Notes: generated from the letters alone by a model not told the origin. Counted from the whole stretch's first letter, positions 21,455-35,054 are shown. The stretch: 63,325 nucleotides of DNA, filler included, from Basidiobolus ranarum (GCA_040143965.1; 24 parts of 24 records of this genome joined end to end with filler, not necessarily neighbours in it); one strand, 5' to 3'. A program made the numbers and translations.

Positions 21455-24400
21455 GTTGATAAAGTTTGGTTGGTATCTTATTCTAAATCACCCTTATATA
21501 GAGATGGTATCATGCACTCTGATTTCGATGAAAATCCGGTTATTCTTGGCGGTGTGACCAATGTGCTCACCAACTCAGAATCCTTTACTGTATCTGGTAA
21601 TCCTTCTAGCCATTTCACGACCATACTCTATAACCTATATATGTATCACGAATAAGTAGAATGTGTAGACTGTATTGTATGGACATCCTAATTGACTTTG
21701 CATTTACATATGGTTGAGTGATACCTAGGCGTTGTTTGGTGTTTACCGTTCAAGGCGGACAATAGATTTCGAGAAATTACGCGTTTCATTAGATAGATTA
21801 CAATATTCCAAACGAATTTCCACTAGTCCAATATGCAGTGAGACATTCATGCTGATAACCATTTTGGTAGCATTAGTCTTGCTCGAGGATAATGAAGAGC
21901 TGGATATTTTATATCGCTTCGTTTGCTTTATTTAAGGACGAAAATATGATCAAGTTGGTCAGTAGGTAAGTATGGCAGTTGACACTATGAATTGGTACCT
22001 GATAGCCAATTTCTCATATAGCTCTCAGTTGTTGCTGTTGAGTTCGATCATCACTTCATACCTATAGAAGGTGCTCAAAATTTATTGTGTTAGTTCCAAC
22101 CTTAACTTCAGTGTTATTTCATCCATTTAAAGTATTTGGTTTCTACTTCCATTCAGTACAGCTGATTTATTAGAGGTAATCAATATATTTCCTTACTGCT
22201 TACTCTGCCTCAGGCATGAGCGGAAATTGTTTTCATCCAGACCAGATAGTGTAAAATTGAATTGCAAGTTATTTGGATTTATTTCCATTGATTCGTGTAT
22301 ATTTGGTCATTTTCGTTCGCTGATGGATCACAAGTATACTGGAAAAGGAGCATTTGGATTCATTGATACTGGAATCAATGATTCGACTGGATACAATCAT
22401 TTGATGAGATGAAAAAACGTCCAGTACAGCACAGTAAAAAGTCTATCCTTAAGAGTACCGATACGGAACACGCATCTCTTTCCATTAGACCTCCCCAAGT
22501 GAGAGCAGAATAGCAAAGAAAATCTTACCGCTGTAAGAAAGTAACTCTACCTCACCTGGATGAAGTAACATGATTATTTCAGATGAATTGGTAGAAATTA
22601 ATTGTTATCTGTTAGCCATGGGAATTTTATAGTGCAGAGCTGGATGTTTGATTTCAGTTATTTGATACTAAGTACATTATAAAGAGATTTACGCTCTGTA
22701 TTTAGTACAATTACCCTACACCAATTATGTCTACAGATAACACAAGCCTAAACTAGATACGTTGTGTCTTTTGCCATGTGCAAGAGGAAAGTAAGTTAGT
22801 CTTCTATCCTCCTTTTCCGTAGGTCTTTTATCATTTTACTCGTAAAATATCAGATTTGACTACATCCTTCTAACCGTCTAATTCTCTATCAAGGATTACT
22901 CTTGGACACCTCACATTCGCAGAAAATAGCAGCTACAATAATGGCCTTGGTAAAACTAATAGAATCAGGGAATATACTAGTAGCGGACTTGCATCTTCAT
23001 ATCACTATTGCGCTGCCAATTATATATCGTTAATTTTATATAAAAAGCTACATCAGATGAGATTGATTGATTGAGCCAGTCAGATATTTTATCAAGGATT
23101 CTCAACCATCCCATTACGTCAGCCATCATATCAATATTAAATTGATCACCATTACAATCTTCAGCATCGTTTGTTCGGTCTATTACTTGTGGTACCGTCA
23201 TCTAACGGATTCAAGATTGTCGTCAAGGAGTAGATCAGTGGTGAGGCAAGTTGGGGATTCTTTCTGGATCATGTGATGGTTGTATTGGAGATTCTCTTAC
23301 AGTCTTCACGACATTTATTGGTAATAGCTCAATGGAAGCCATACTCTATTTATTATGCTTACAAGTCAGGCCCTCGCCCTAATGAACCTCAGTCGGTTGA
23401 TGGCTATCCAGGGGAATATCATTTGAATTAAAACGTTGATTGAAGATACTCTTTTGCTAGTCTAATACTCGATTTAATGCCTGAACTTCTCACGCTAGAA
23501 ATCTATTCTGGCTGTCAATGTAAAGCATACGTATTGTATATGGTGACATCTGTATGTAACTTATTTGTTTGAATACTACCAGGGTTGTTTCAGGAAGAGT
23601 TTATTTAATGCATATGCGTAATAACCGATGTTTCATCATTCATGTTTCTTGTTGTAATTAGTGCAACAATCAAGTCCATTGAATTTTACATGAGATGAAT
23701 AGATTCATTGGGATTTTGTAATGATTTCGATTTGGTATTTCTAGAAGTCAANNNNNNNNNNNNNNNNNNNNNNNNNNNNNNNNNNNNNNNNNNNNTTAAT
23801 TAATTAANNNNNNNNNNNNNNNNNNNNNNNNNNNNNNNNNNNNNNNNNNNNGGAGATCATCCCAATTACCACCATCAGGTTGGCTATCGTGCCGCGCATC
23901 AATAGAATAGGACTGTCTAAAGTTGGGTGCTCAAGTGTTTGATTGAATGGCATGGATTGTCCATATCTTTGACATTTCTCGTGCAGTCTGGGTGCGTTTT
24001 CTGGAGAAATTGGAAATTAGTTGTTTGGTCCTATAACGGTAATGGTTCCACCATAGGATTCATATGGAAGCACAACCTATGTGAGACAAGCTTCTGCAAA
24101 CATCGTTTTTACTTCCTTCTACACAGGATTCTAGCTTCTATCACAACCGAAACAGGTCTCATGTTTTGGGTCCCATGATATCTTTCAGTAGGCCTTTGGG
24201 GAGCAGAAGTATGGTAAGAGATAATTCCAGACAAACTAGTGACGAGTAGATTTTCAGTTAGAGAATTTCACCTCATCGTTAAGAAATCAGACGTTCAACA
24301 CCGGAGTTATTTGCTGAACAGTGATCACCACACCAGTAGCCAAAATAATCTTGGGATTTTTCGTCAATTTCAAAACTCAATGGATATGCTATGATCATTT

Positions 24401-25144
24401 CCATTCTTCAGAGTTTCTGTACAACACACTGGGGGAAGTTCTGGTAGTGCGGTGCATTCACTACTCTTTCGAAAAATATAAATAGATGACTCTAGCAGCC
24501 CTACACAGCACAATGAAATGGAAAAATGCCATAATTAACTAGGATTCTAGGGCTATTAAAATATCCCGAAGATTAGTCAAAGAACCAAGTAAAATAATGG
24601 GAATTTCCTAATACGAAGCGAGTTCCTGAATTCTTGGCATGTACAATATCATATAGTTATTCATTTTTATTTGATCAAGGATCTTGACGCATAAATATTC
24701 TTAAGACATTGGCAACTTTAAATAGCAATCAAATATGCTCAAGGCCAATTGCTTAGCTATTTACATATCATAATTCACTCAAATATGATGGGCCCAAGCT
24801 TTTGTACTCTACTTAGCTGGCCTTATGCTTCGCCCGTGCAATTCGCATTAGACTACACTATAATGCCCTGCTCAAAATACAATCAATATTATTTCGATAT
24901 ACCTATACTTTTTTTTTATATAGTCATATATAGCTTAGTATTTTGTTATTCAATAGACTTGTTCCATTGTGCCAGGATTTATTGGACCTTGGCTCAATAT
25001 AGTAGAGTAGTTGTGATTGAAATTGATCATGCCAGAGGGCACTGAACAGTCCAAATTGTACTGAATAAATTTTAGAATACTTTATCCAATATGATATATA
25101 CAGCACAATCTGGCACCATCACAGGGAACAAGTACAATGTTTCA

Positions 25145-25303
25145 CAAAGATATCACCAATTATTCTCAATTGGAATTTACTTAGAATATTTTTACCAACT
25201 TAGAAGTTCTCAGATATATGGATTTTCTGAAGAAGCCCCAAGCTTTGCACACAGGTTCCTGGTACCTTCCTTTGTTAAAGTAATTGGGAGCCTGTTGGAA
25301 GTG
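25145..25303. mobile_element. LTR fragments of the 19089-19436 family in both orientations
   Basis: 25145-25272 matches the reverse complement of ~19230-19370. 25273-25303 matches 19089-19119 directly. Confidence 0.72.
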
Positions 25304-25314
25304 TTAATATATTA

Positions 25315-26330
25315 ACAGACATAGGTATCCTGTTGCAGATCTCCTGTCCTGAATATCTCCTCCCAATTTGCATCTGAATATCACATCAGAGCAAAGTTGG
25401 ATCCAGATTATGTTTATTTAAGCTCATCCACAGTACCTTTGAAATATCTGAAAGTCCACTTAACTGCTATGATTTGTTCAGATCTATAATTTTGAAGATA
25501 TTGACACATAACTCCCACAGAATATGTAACATGTGGCCATGTTCCAACAATGTTATATATCAAACTACTAATCATAGATTGATAAGGAAATATCCAGCTT
25601 TCATTTGAATCTAAGAATTTTGGTCATGTTGAGATATGTCTCCATTCAGATAGAAGCTGGATTACATTCTTCCAATTTAAACTTTGTTAGTATGTCTAGG
25701 ATATACTTAGACTAGTTTAAAGTTATTGTTCTGGTAGTTCTATCTATCTCAATTTGGATGCCAAGATAGTTTGTCAGCTCACTAAGGTTGTTCATTTTGA
25801 ATTTGGCAGGTAAGCTGGATTTGGTTCCCTCCAAAGTCTTTGAGTTATGGTTGATATAACAAGATCATCTACAAACAAGGCTAATATGATTGGGTTTGTC
25901 TTACAGGGCCTGAAATAGATACAACTACTTGCATCACTCTTTTAGAATTTGAGTGTTCCCAAAAAAGTGTCCATCAAGCTATTCCAAGCTTTTGGAGATT
26001 GTTTCAAGCCATAGAGTATTTAGCTGAAATTGCTGAAATCAATTTAACGGAATTAAACTTAGCTATATGAGCTAAAGTTTATATATAATCTATTCCTGGT
26101 GTTTGTGAATAGCCTTTGGCTACTAGTCTAATATTGTACCATTCTATATTGCCATTAGAGTTGAATTTATCTTTAAACACCCATTGACCGCCAATTGATT
26201 CTCTCTCATCAGGTAAGTCCGATAAATCCAAGGTTGATTATCATTCAGAGCCTGGCACTCATCAGCCTCTGCCAACCTCAAACATTTTTTATGAGAGCCA
26301 TTTTAGGCCTCTTTCACAGGCGGGGGCGCA
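25315..26330 (-). mobile_element. Decayed Ty1/copia RT and RNase H start
   Basis: Reverse strand gives GGQWVFKDK, LYGLKQSPKAW, LFVDDLV, PYQSMISSLIY, AVKWTFRYFKGT and SDANWEE. Confidence 0.9.
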
Positions 26331-26592
26331 TGCACTTGAGCTGTGCAGGCATAAGCAGAATTTTGGGACTCATTGATAGACCCTTACATAAATTTNNNNN
26401 NNNNNNNNNNNNNNNNNNNNNNNNNNNNNNNNNNNNNNNTTAATTAATTAANNNNNNNNNNNNNNNNNNNNNNNNNNNNNNNNNNNNNNNNNNNNGGTAA
26501 TCCCACTTTGTTGCTTGGCCACACTTCAGTTAACATTACTGTAATCGCAGCTACAAAGAATAATAATAGATCTGTACAAGCAGTCACACTTG

Positions 26593-27033
26593 TTACTTGC
26601 CATAATCCACTATCATTTGAGAAAATGCCCATGGGGCGGAACTTGGGCCGAGGATGTCTGTTGTAATTAGATAAAACACCGCTTGCCAAGAAGCGGATCG
26701 TAAGGCCCGTTGAGCTTGCAGTTTATCTCTGTCCAAATCCCAGGCAAGAGACTGGGCCATCGTTTCTTCGGATTCTACATTGGTTGTTTTCGAGTCATCT
26801 TTGACTTTGGAGGGTAATTGAATACCTGTGGCATTGTCTTTATTTTTTGCGGCATCCAACTGGTCAGTTTGTCTCTTCACAGTTGCCCAGTAAAGATAAG
26901 CTTCCAGAGGTACATCGTCTTCCGAACTATAGGGAGAAGTAAATCTCTTTGCAAATTTTTCATCGTCTGGCTCATGATGCAAACGAGGGTCGCATCCTTC
27001 TAAAGCAAAGCCAACTGGTGCGGTGTATGCCAT
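26593..27033 (-). CDS. Amino acid transporter (AAAP/Aa_trans, Mtr-like) N-terminal part, apparently truncated
   Basis: VPLEAYLYWA...QAQRALRSASWQAVFYLITTDILGPSSAPWAFSQM is the conserved start of a fungal Aa_trans subfamily. Confidence 0.82.
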   Translation of the reverse strand: MAYTAPVGFALEGCDPRLHHEPDDEKFAKRFTSPYSSEDDVPLEAYLYWATVKRQTDQLDAAKNKDNATGIQLPSKVKDDSKTTNVESEETMAQSLAWDLDRDKLQAQRALRSASWQAVFYLITTDILGPSSAPWAFSQMIVDYGK

Positions 27034-28832
27034 ATTATGTGGTACTTGTGATCAGATGCGCGCTCTTTATAACAACGGTTAGTTCCCAAAACGGAACAAA
27101 TAGAAGTATCATCGAATGGAACTACCTTCGAATAGAAGTATCATCTGATGGAACTATCGAATGGATTTGGTAAAAGAAGCAGCTGACCATTATTAGATAA
27201 TCCTAGTAAATAGCATTATAAGTTATCTATCAGTGATTACTTTAAAAATCTCGACATATGAGGATAATCCACCGAAATCCATAACAGTCGTCTTTCCTAA
27301 AATGTATTTCGAAGGCAATATTCTATCTACGCACGTGAGAACTTTTCTTTCGTTCCATGTTTTGCCATAGCCCCTAACCCTAATTCCTCTGTTTCAATTT
27401 GAGAATATTTGTTCAGCTGCGATTAGCTAGCCAATAAGTATAGAAAAGAAGAGGCTAGCCTTAGAAGGTTCTCCGTATGTCAGTAACATCTCTATCGGTT
27501 GTTCTTCAATACGTATTCATTCATTTCGGTAGTAGGTCTGAAGTATATCGAAAGTCCTACCCTATAGCAGTGCTTCTACAAATTGTTACTCACTTTATTT
27601 CAATAGGTAATATTTTTAACCCTAACCCTATTCATAAATTATGGATATTGGATTATGGATTATCTAATCTATCTCCCACAAAACCCTCCCCTAATACGGA
27701 CAAGCCACCATCATTGATCTGATTGTAAGATAACTCAAAGAAATATCTTCGCGTGATCACCTGCGACTTGGGCAAACAAATGCTACATATATGGCAGATA
27801 ATGTTTATTCTTTGTTTTGTATAACTCAATGAATAATAGTATAACATACACTAAGTAAAATATCGATGTAGGTCGGTCTGAGGGCGCGTGATAGGGATGG
27901 ACGGAGTAGTAAGGAAAGTAGTCAGGGGTTGCCTGTACTGCGAAATGGATATCAAGTAGAAATAATAAGATATATTTGCAAGTGTCGGGGAATTTGAAGT
28001 TTGGACAAGTAGAGTACAGGTGAGCTTAGGAACTGGTTATTTATTCAGCAGAAATATGTTACACCTATCCAAGTAATATGGTATACTGCGCATGGTAAGT
28101 GTAACAGAAGATTAAAGCGGAAGAGGAGAGCAAGCTTAATAAAGCGTAGTAGAGCAGAAAGAATAAGGCTTTCGCAACTGAGGAGAACCAAATATACTAT
28201 ATTATAAGCTTTACCTTCGACTATACACGTGCATTAGAAAGAATTAGTTGACAGATATGTCTTGTTTCTGTATTGATAAGGCAAATAATATATAGTCAAT
28301 CGCGAAATAAGTCTAAGCATATTGTAATCGCCATGGATCAAGATTAGCCTCAAACTATCAAGTCAGAATTGGATCAATCTTTGTAGGTGTGTGTGGCTGT
28401 ACGTGTAGATGTAGAGAAGGATAACGGTTACTGTTATCGATTGGCAACTCCAAAGTTAGATGTTTGGGTTGATAATTCAAGGAACTCCAGAGTTAGAGTT
28501 GTTTTCAATCATCCGTATCGGGTTTATCCTGATAGAATCTGTGTGATTCAATACTAGTCATCATTGTTTTGATGAGTAGCAATAAAAAGATAAGCATGGA
28601 GGAGAAATAAAAAGATAAGCAAGGATCTCTCGGAGAGGTAGCGTAACTCATTCATTCAGACTAAATAGCAAAGGCCCAGAAACAGCTAAAAAGATAGCAG
28701 ATAGTAAATATTAAACTCGTAGAACTCATTAATGATTGGGGGAGGGTTATAATATTGATTTATTTGTTTCTTCAAGGTAATATAGTATCACTTAGCCCTT
28801 CTAGTCGGTTAAAAGGTTGATTTTGCATAAAG

Positions 28833-29036
28833 TTAGTGATTTAAATACCCAGCTAACACTATGGCTACACCACTCAATACTGTAAGGGGTTTGAAAAGTG
28901 ATTCTCCTCCGTTTGAATGGTTATTATTACTTGGGGCTGGAGCTGGATTGCTAGCTACCGGAGTAGTTGCTATTGGTTGTTGGGGTGTACTTCCAGCGTT
29001 ATTTTCATCACCCCCTGGGTGAGTTGGTGCTAGACT
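28833..29036 (-). CDS. C-terminus of a probable GPI-anchored protein (not in ORF track)
   Basis: SLAPTHPGGDENNAGSTPQQPIATTPVASNPAPAPSNNNHSNGGESLFKPLTVLSGVAIVLAGYLNH*: a P/S/T-rich stalk, an omega-like SNGG and a hydrophobic tail. Confidence 0.75.
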   Translation of the reverse strand, partial: SLAPTHPGGDENNAGSTPQQPIATTPVASNPAPAPSNNNHSNGGESLFKPLTVLSGVAIVLAGYLNH

Positions 29037-29138
29037 TGNNNNNNNNNNNNNNNNNNNNNNNNNNNNNNNNNNNNNNNNNNNNTTAATTAATTAANNNNNN
29101 NNNNNNNNNNNNNNNNNNNNNNNNNNNNNNNNNNNNNN

Positions 29139-29306
29139 TATATTTACATCCTCTGAGCTTGATTATATTGGTCATCAGGTTAAGTATGGATATGATCCAG
29201 TATTGTCACAATATCTTAAAAGATTGATGTCTTGATTGTCACTTTGTTTGGATTAGTATTTGAGCTAAATAAAGTCCTCACCATCTGGTGCTTTTCATCC
29301 CCCCTA
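29139..29306. mobile_element. Terminus of an unclassified interspersed repeat
   Basis: 29198-29306 is near-identical to 44978-45086. Both end at ...GGTGCTTTTCATCCCCCCTA. Confidence 0.72.
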
Positions 29307-29736
29307 ACCCATTGTTATTTGATTGGGACTGATCCAAGTCATTTAAAGAATAAAACTCACGTACTCTATTCATTAACACACTGACTTGAGCAGGTGTTAA
29401 ATGTTTGCTTTCTGGCACTAACGCCAGCATTCTCTCCAATTCCCAGAGCGCTATACGTATAACTTGGTACTGGGGAATGCTTGTGCCGAGGTGCAGAAGC
29501 TGGCAAATTGCGTTAGTTGCCTCCGCTCTATTTCTACGTAGAACAGTAGAATTTTGGGCATTTTGTTGCCTGTTCGCAGCCAGTTGTTCTACAGTGCCCA
29601 ACGCATGGGTAGTTTGGTTCCTATTAGGCGCCACTGGGTTTTGGGACTCTTGGTTTGCTATTGTCCCACTTCGAACACTACCTTCGCCTCTTCTAGTAGG
29701 TAGATGTGGGAAGCGATCTTGATATTTTCGTGGCAT
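29278..29736 (-). CDS. Hypothetical protein with a weak bHLH-like segment; C-terminus derived from a repeat
   Basis: 152-aa ATG ORF in CpG-retaining DNA containing RRNRAEATNAICQLLHLGTSIPQYQVIRIALWELERM. The last ~9 codons lie inside the repeat terminus. Confidence 0.5.
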   Translation of the reverse strand: MPRKYQDRFPHLPTRRGEGSVRSGTIANQESQNPVAPNRNQTTHALGTVEQLAANRQQNAQNSTVLRRNRAEATNAICQLLHLGTSIPQYQVIRIALWELERMLALVPESKHLTPAQVSVLMNRVREFYSLNDLDQSQSNNNGLGGMKSTRW

Positions 29737-30074
29737 GATATTTCTTGAACCTTTAAATAAATCATCTTTGAGAAGATATGTCCATAGTTATATAGCAAAG
29801 GCGGAAATGATGCACGCTTCATCATATCAACTATCATACCTAGCCATGATCTTTACTCTCATCTTTCATCAATAGTATACTTTGTAAATGTTGACATGTC
29901 AGCTGTTATCATAAAGTATAGCCATTGTATTTCTCTGGAGTAATTGTAATGTGCAGTGGCTTGTCTGTAATCACCATGTTAATCATTAGTAGTCACTTGC
30001 GCCACCCTATTATAGTGGATATGGAAATTCAGTAACTTCAAATATTTTCAGGTTTGAGAACATCACATGAAGAG

Positions 30075-31030
30075 CAAAATTACAACATGGTCATTGTATT
30101 ATGCATGCCAAAAAATAAAGTTTTTAAAAACTTGATAACATTTGTAATGCATGTTTAATGATTTATGATCTTCTTAACTCCTACATAATCAGAAATGAAA
30201 TATAAAGACATAGTATCTGTTATAAAAATGCTAAAAGTAAACGGGTTTCAATAAAAAAATTGCCCACATTGGTAGTGCATGTTGGGAGATGTATAATCTT
30301 GTAACCCCAATAAAGTCAAAAGTGAAATATTATTACAGAGTCTGTGTTATATGCATGCCAAAAGCTATAATGTTTTTAAAAAGAGACTCACATTTGTAGT
30401 GCATGTCAAGGGATGAGAAGTCTTTGTAACTCCTATAAAGTCAAAAGTAAAAAATAATGATGTGGTATCAGTTATACACACACCAAAAGTAAATATGTTT
30501 TTAAAAAGAGGCTCACATTTGTAGTGCATGTCAAGGGATGAGTGGTCTTTGTAACTCCTATAAAGTCAAAGGTAAAAAATAATGACATGGTATCAGTTAT
30601 ACGCATGCCAAAAGTAAATATGTTTTTAAAAAGAGACTCACATTTGTAGTGCACGTCAAGGGATGAGTGGTCTTGATAACTCCTATAAAATCATAGGGGA
30701 AAAATAATGATATGGCATCAGTTATATGCATGCCAAAAGTAAATGTGTTATTAAAAACAGACTTATGTTTGGAGTGCACATCAAGGGATGAGCATTCTTT
30801 GTGATTCCTGTAAAGTCAGAGATACAATATAATGACATGGTAACAGTTATATGTAATACCAAAGTAAATAAGTTTTTAAAAAGAGGCTGACATTTGTAGT
30901 GCGCATTGACAGTCTACCACCAACATAGCCCCTATAAAATCAGGAGCAATGCATAAAGACATGTTTCCAGTACTATGCAGCTTGAAAGTTAGTATGTGTT
31001 TGAAATTATAGAGGGTTCTGCTGTGCACAT
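30075..31030. repeat. 125-bp tandem array, about 8 units
   Basis: The anchor CATTTGTAGTGC (or a variant) occurs at 30139, 30267, 30391, 30516, 30641, 30766 and 30891. Central units are the most alike. Confidence 0.93.
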
Positions 31031-31779
31031 TGCTTTTATTTATATTATTTGAAATACCTTAGTTACAAATACATTGCATTTTATTCAACTTTTTAAATTT
31101 TTAGCACCTTTGTGCTGCGCAGGTTACATAGCCTAAAAGTTTATTTTAATGACTTTTTTGTTGTTTTGTATATAAATAAACATATATGGAGCTTAGTGCT
31201 AGTGATATGTCAATATTTGTGAAACATGAGTAGAAAGCTTTAATCAACACTTTCAATATTTCTAGATTTGTAATATAATTATAATATATCCAATATTCAC
31301 TTTATTCTTTAATTAATTTTGTAATCCACACAAATTTCTTACAAATATTACTAATTCACAATGTTAATCAAGTTTCCTCATTACTCTCAATAGCGTATCA
31401 AGGATATTCTCAATAAATAATTTGTGAATTATTAAGCTAAAAAGTAGCCAGTCTACTTATGGTAAAATTATAATACTTAAAAGCTTTCAGAGTTGGAAGG
31501 AAAACATCTGCACTTTGGTTTCCCAGAGACTTGCAAATTTATAAAAATTAAAAAAATATTCAATATCTGGGAAATTTCTCTAAATTCATAAAAATTATGA
31601 AAGCTAGAATAGGCTGTGTTATAATGTTGGAAACATTGATACCCGCTCACTCCTCTCGCAATGGCAAAGGACCAGGATTNNNNNNNNNNNNNNNNNNNNN
31701 NNNNNNNNNNNNNNNNNNNNNNNTTAATTAATTAANNNNNNNNNNNNNNNNNNNNNNNNNNNNNNNNNNNNNNNNNNNN

Positions 31780-32336
31780 GTGGGTTCTTATGCTCCTGTG
31801 GTTGTTGTGGTTGTGGTGGTGGTTGTTGTGGTGGTTGTGGGTGTTGGGGCTGTTGTGGTGGTTGCGGTTGCTGTACTTGTTGTTTTTGCGGTTGAGGCAC
31901 TGCCTGTTTCTGGGATTGGTGATACTTTGATATCTCGATAGTGGTAATTTGAGAGGGTATTTCGTTGCGGTTTTTATCCTCTAATACATTATTGAGTAAA
32001 GTAGTCGTTTGCATAATGGTAGAAAAGTCATCCTTAGGCTCCATAATTGTTGATGATATTGGATCTTCAAGATTCAAAGTACAGGATGCCTCTAATTCTG
32101 TTTCAGCTGTACATAAAACGACGGTGGAAGAAATGTCAGGATCTAATATAAAATTATTAGTCACGTGTATCGATTTTCTCACTAAAACGACATACCATCT
32201 GCTCCAGATATTGTATTGATCCCTAGAAATATTTGACAAGAAATAGATAAATAAGAGTCGGTAGTGACCTCAAGTAGTGACAAATACCAAAAAACAATGC
32301 AATGCAGATCGATAGTTTTGTAAAATGTAGAAGCAT
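31780..32336 (-). CDS. Secreted protein with Gln/Pro-rich tract (3'-truncated, two introns)
   Basis: Splicing introns 32223-32287 and 32143-32195 gives MLLHFTKLSICIALFFGINTISGADDPDISSTVVLCTAE...PQPQKQQVQQPQPPQQPQ. Confidence 0.75.
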
Positions 32337-35054
32337 TCTTCACAACGAAAAAGCCAAGATTAATGTCAAGATGGACTTAAGCCATTATTGAAGTCATTGG
32401 GGAACAATTCAATACTTTATATATTCGCATCCTTCAATGCCGCTGTATTTTTAACTGCCAAATTACCACAACGATTACATCGTCACCTTGGCTAAGATAA
32501 CTTTACATCCACCCATCTACACCTTAGAAGCCAACCAAAAGGTGATGATAGACATACTCTTGTTGCCCCAATCAGAGTGTTACTGTATGTCTAAAATTAT
32601 GGCCTATTCAATCTCCTATTCTAATTTTTCTGATACATTAGCTATGTATCTTATCGATATATATAGATTCATCGCTCCAAATTCCTGGCGACCGTTTTTC
32701 CCATTCAGAGCGACGTAATTAAATAGAGTCTTTAAATAGAACAGGGTGATACTCTTTTACATGATTACTCTAATGGCTACTGACTCGGAGACGCTCACCT
32801 AGATGTAGAACTTGTCCCTTGATAAAACAGGTAATTAAATCGTCTAGGAATCAGGCCTGGGATAAAAACACCAAATCATCAGGCCAGTCCTAATTAACCT
32901 TATTCCTTGTAGGGTTGCTAAATTAGACAACACCCATGCTTCAACTGCCTTCTCACTCCTTTCTCTCCAACTGGTCACTTTGTGAAACGTTATTATTATA
33001 TGCTAAATCTCGATTCATTACTCATATTTGCATGATAGTTGGAGTGAGTATCCCGCCTTCAAGAACCTCCTATACAATCACTCATCTACTTAGCTAAGAG
33101 TAAGAAACCATGACGTCGAAGAACATACGAACATAGCTGTTAGTTGATTTATATTAATAGTTATTTCACTAAAGAACATGATGGAAATCCAAGATGTGCG
33201 ATAAGAAATAGTAACTCTCCCAAAAAGACGCCACACCACCACCATTAGTAACTGTAACAAGTCGGGAATTTTTCTGCAACTTAATAGTGACGAACTTGTT
33301 GAAGTGACTGGGTTATATTTGAGTACTTAGGGAAGAATCCATAAATATGCATACAACCTGAGTGAACTTTTTTTGGTTGGTGTATTCTGTCTTACTCGCT
33401 TTGCCAGATTCAACGATTGCAAATTTGGTTAGCTAGCAGTGTCGTCTCATTAACCGTCGTAAACGCGCAGTTATTCGTGGGACATGGTAATTCGCTTTCT
33501 CGGTTCATATTTTTAACGTAGTTAATTTGAGATTTTGGATTTAATACGTCAATTTCCAGAATGTAAACCTATCGAATGTACTGTAGTTATTTCTGCATAT
33601 CAACTCCTCAGAACCTCAGTTCCAATAACGGGAATCTGAGACACGCACCCATAACGACAGTAGCCTCGCAACGTTGTTATAGCAGTTTACACTTCTTTTT
33701 CCACATCCAACATGCCCCAGAAGATACCCAAATGCCAACCAGTAGAATAACAAAATTATCCTTCGATGAATCTATTTTAAGATGAGACTGCCAGTTGTTG
33801 ACTTGCTTGTATATCCTAGCCTAGCTTAATCCATTCATTGATGTTAAATTACACCTTCGAAGTTATGGAATACCAAACCCTTTTTTTGTCCAAATTTGAT
33901 CAATTTCCTAGCACCAGCATACCATAATTTATGCTGTCATGCTGCTGTTTATTGTATAACCTATGAACTCATCAATTTTTTATCCATGCTTCCAGTATTA
34001 AGCTACTCAATATTTAGAGAATAGCATTTTTCGTATCCTCAACTTGTCAGAATTAGAGTGATTTAAATGAATCATGAACTCTCCAGAAGGAAAAATTTAG
34101 TCAAGAGAGCACGTGCTCAAACAGACCGTCCAAAGTTCAACTGCGAACTTTTTAACTGCAACAACTTTACCCTATTAGCATTGGAACTACCGCGGCTGCT
34201 GTAGCCAAGTTTACTCTCCAATTGTTCCTCGTTAAGAGATCTAAATTATACCCATTCCTACTATAAGACCTAAAAAAGCCCTGTATTGTTATTTATAGTC
34301 ACTACCCTCCTGTAAGGATNNNNNNNNNNNNNNNNNNNNNNNNNNNNNNNNNNNNNNNNNNNNTTAATTAATTAANNNNNNNNNNNNNNNNNNNNNNNNN
34401 NNNNNNNNNNNNNNNNNNNACTAGGAAGAGGAGATGTTCAATTCAATTAATCTCAAGTTTCTTATTAACAAATTTAAAGCTGGTCAAAAAAACTTTCAAG
34501 TCACATATGCACTTTTGTCATTTTATATGCCCCAAGCTAGCTGCCAATGGAATGTTTCCAAGGATAATTTGCAATGTTGTTACACCCACAGAGAAACTTA
34601 AAGGTGAGGTTTTTCACCTTTAGAAGTTCTGAATATAGGGGTGCTAAAAGATAGCAACCTTTGGAGATTTGTAGCAGGAGAAGAAATAGAGGCTTGTCCT
34701 ACCAGACACTATCCTTGTGTTGCACAAGAAGCAGCAGAAAGCACTTGGTAAATTTTTTACATCTCAGATACTCTCAGTTGAGATAAACACACTCAGTCAA
34801 TAACTCCCAAAAACTTAGAAAATGCTTGTGGCTATGTGATTAAATATCTAGCTAATAGGCTATATCTTTGACAAGACTTTAATCAATTTAGATCAATTTG
34901 GGTGTTTCTATGGAAAAATATTCATCAGATTGTGGCCATTGCAGATCCACTTTCTTTAATTGGAGGGTCTATAACTGAAGGATCTAAAGGGCATATGAAC
35001 TGTTCCAAAGGGTACTACAACAACTCTTGAAAGGCTCTGAATTTTGGCACTTTA

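Noticed and set aside
21460-25100. Numerous 60-100 aa ORFs in contigs 9 and 10
   Set aside because: Composition is typical of AT-rich intergenic DNA, with no motifs or consistent splice structure found.
27371-27384. CCCTAACCCTAA telomere-like motifs (also ~27617-27630 and ~37396-37407)
   Set aside because: Only two units each and internal to contigs; insufficient for a telomere and possibly chance or a promoter motif.
34420-35054. Decayed coding-like sequence next to the copia remnant
   Set aside because: Fragmented frames with no motif I can assign with confidence.
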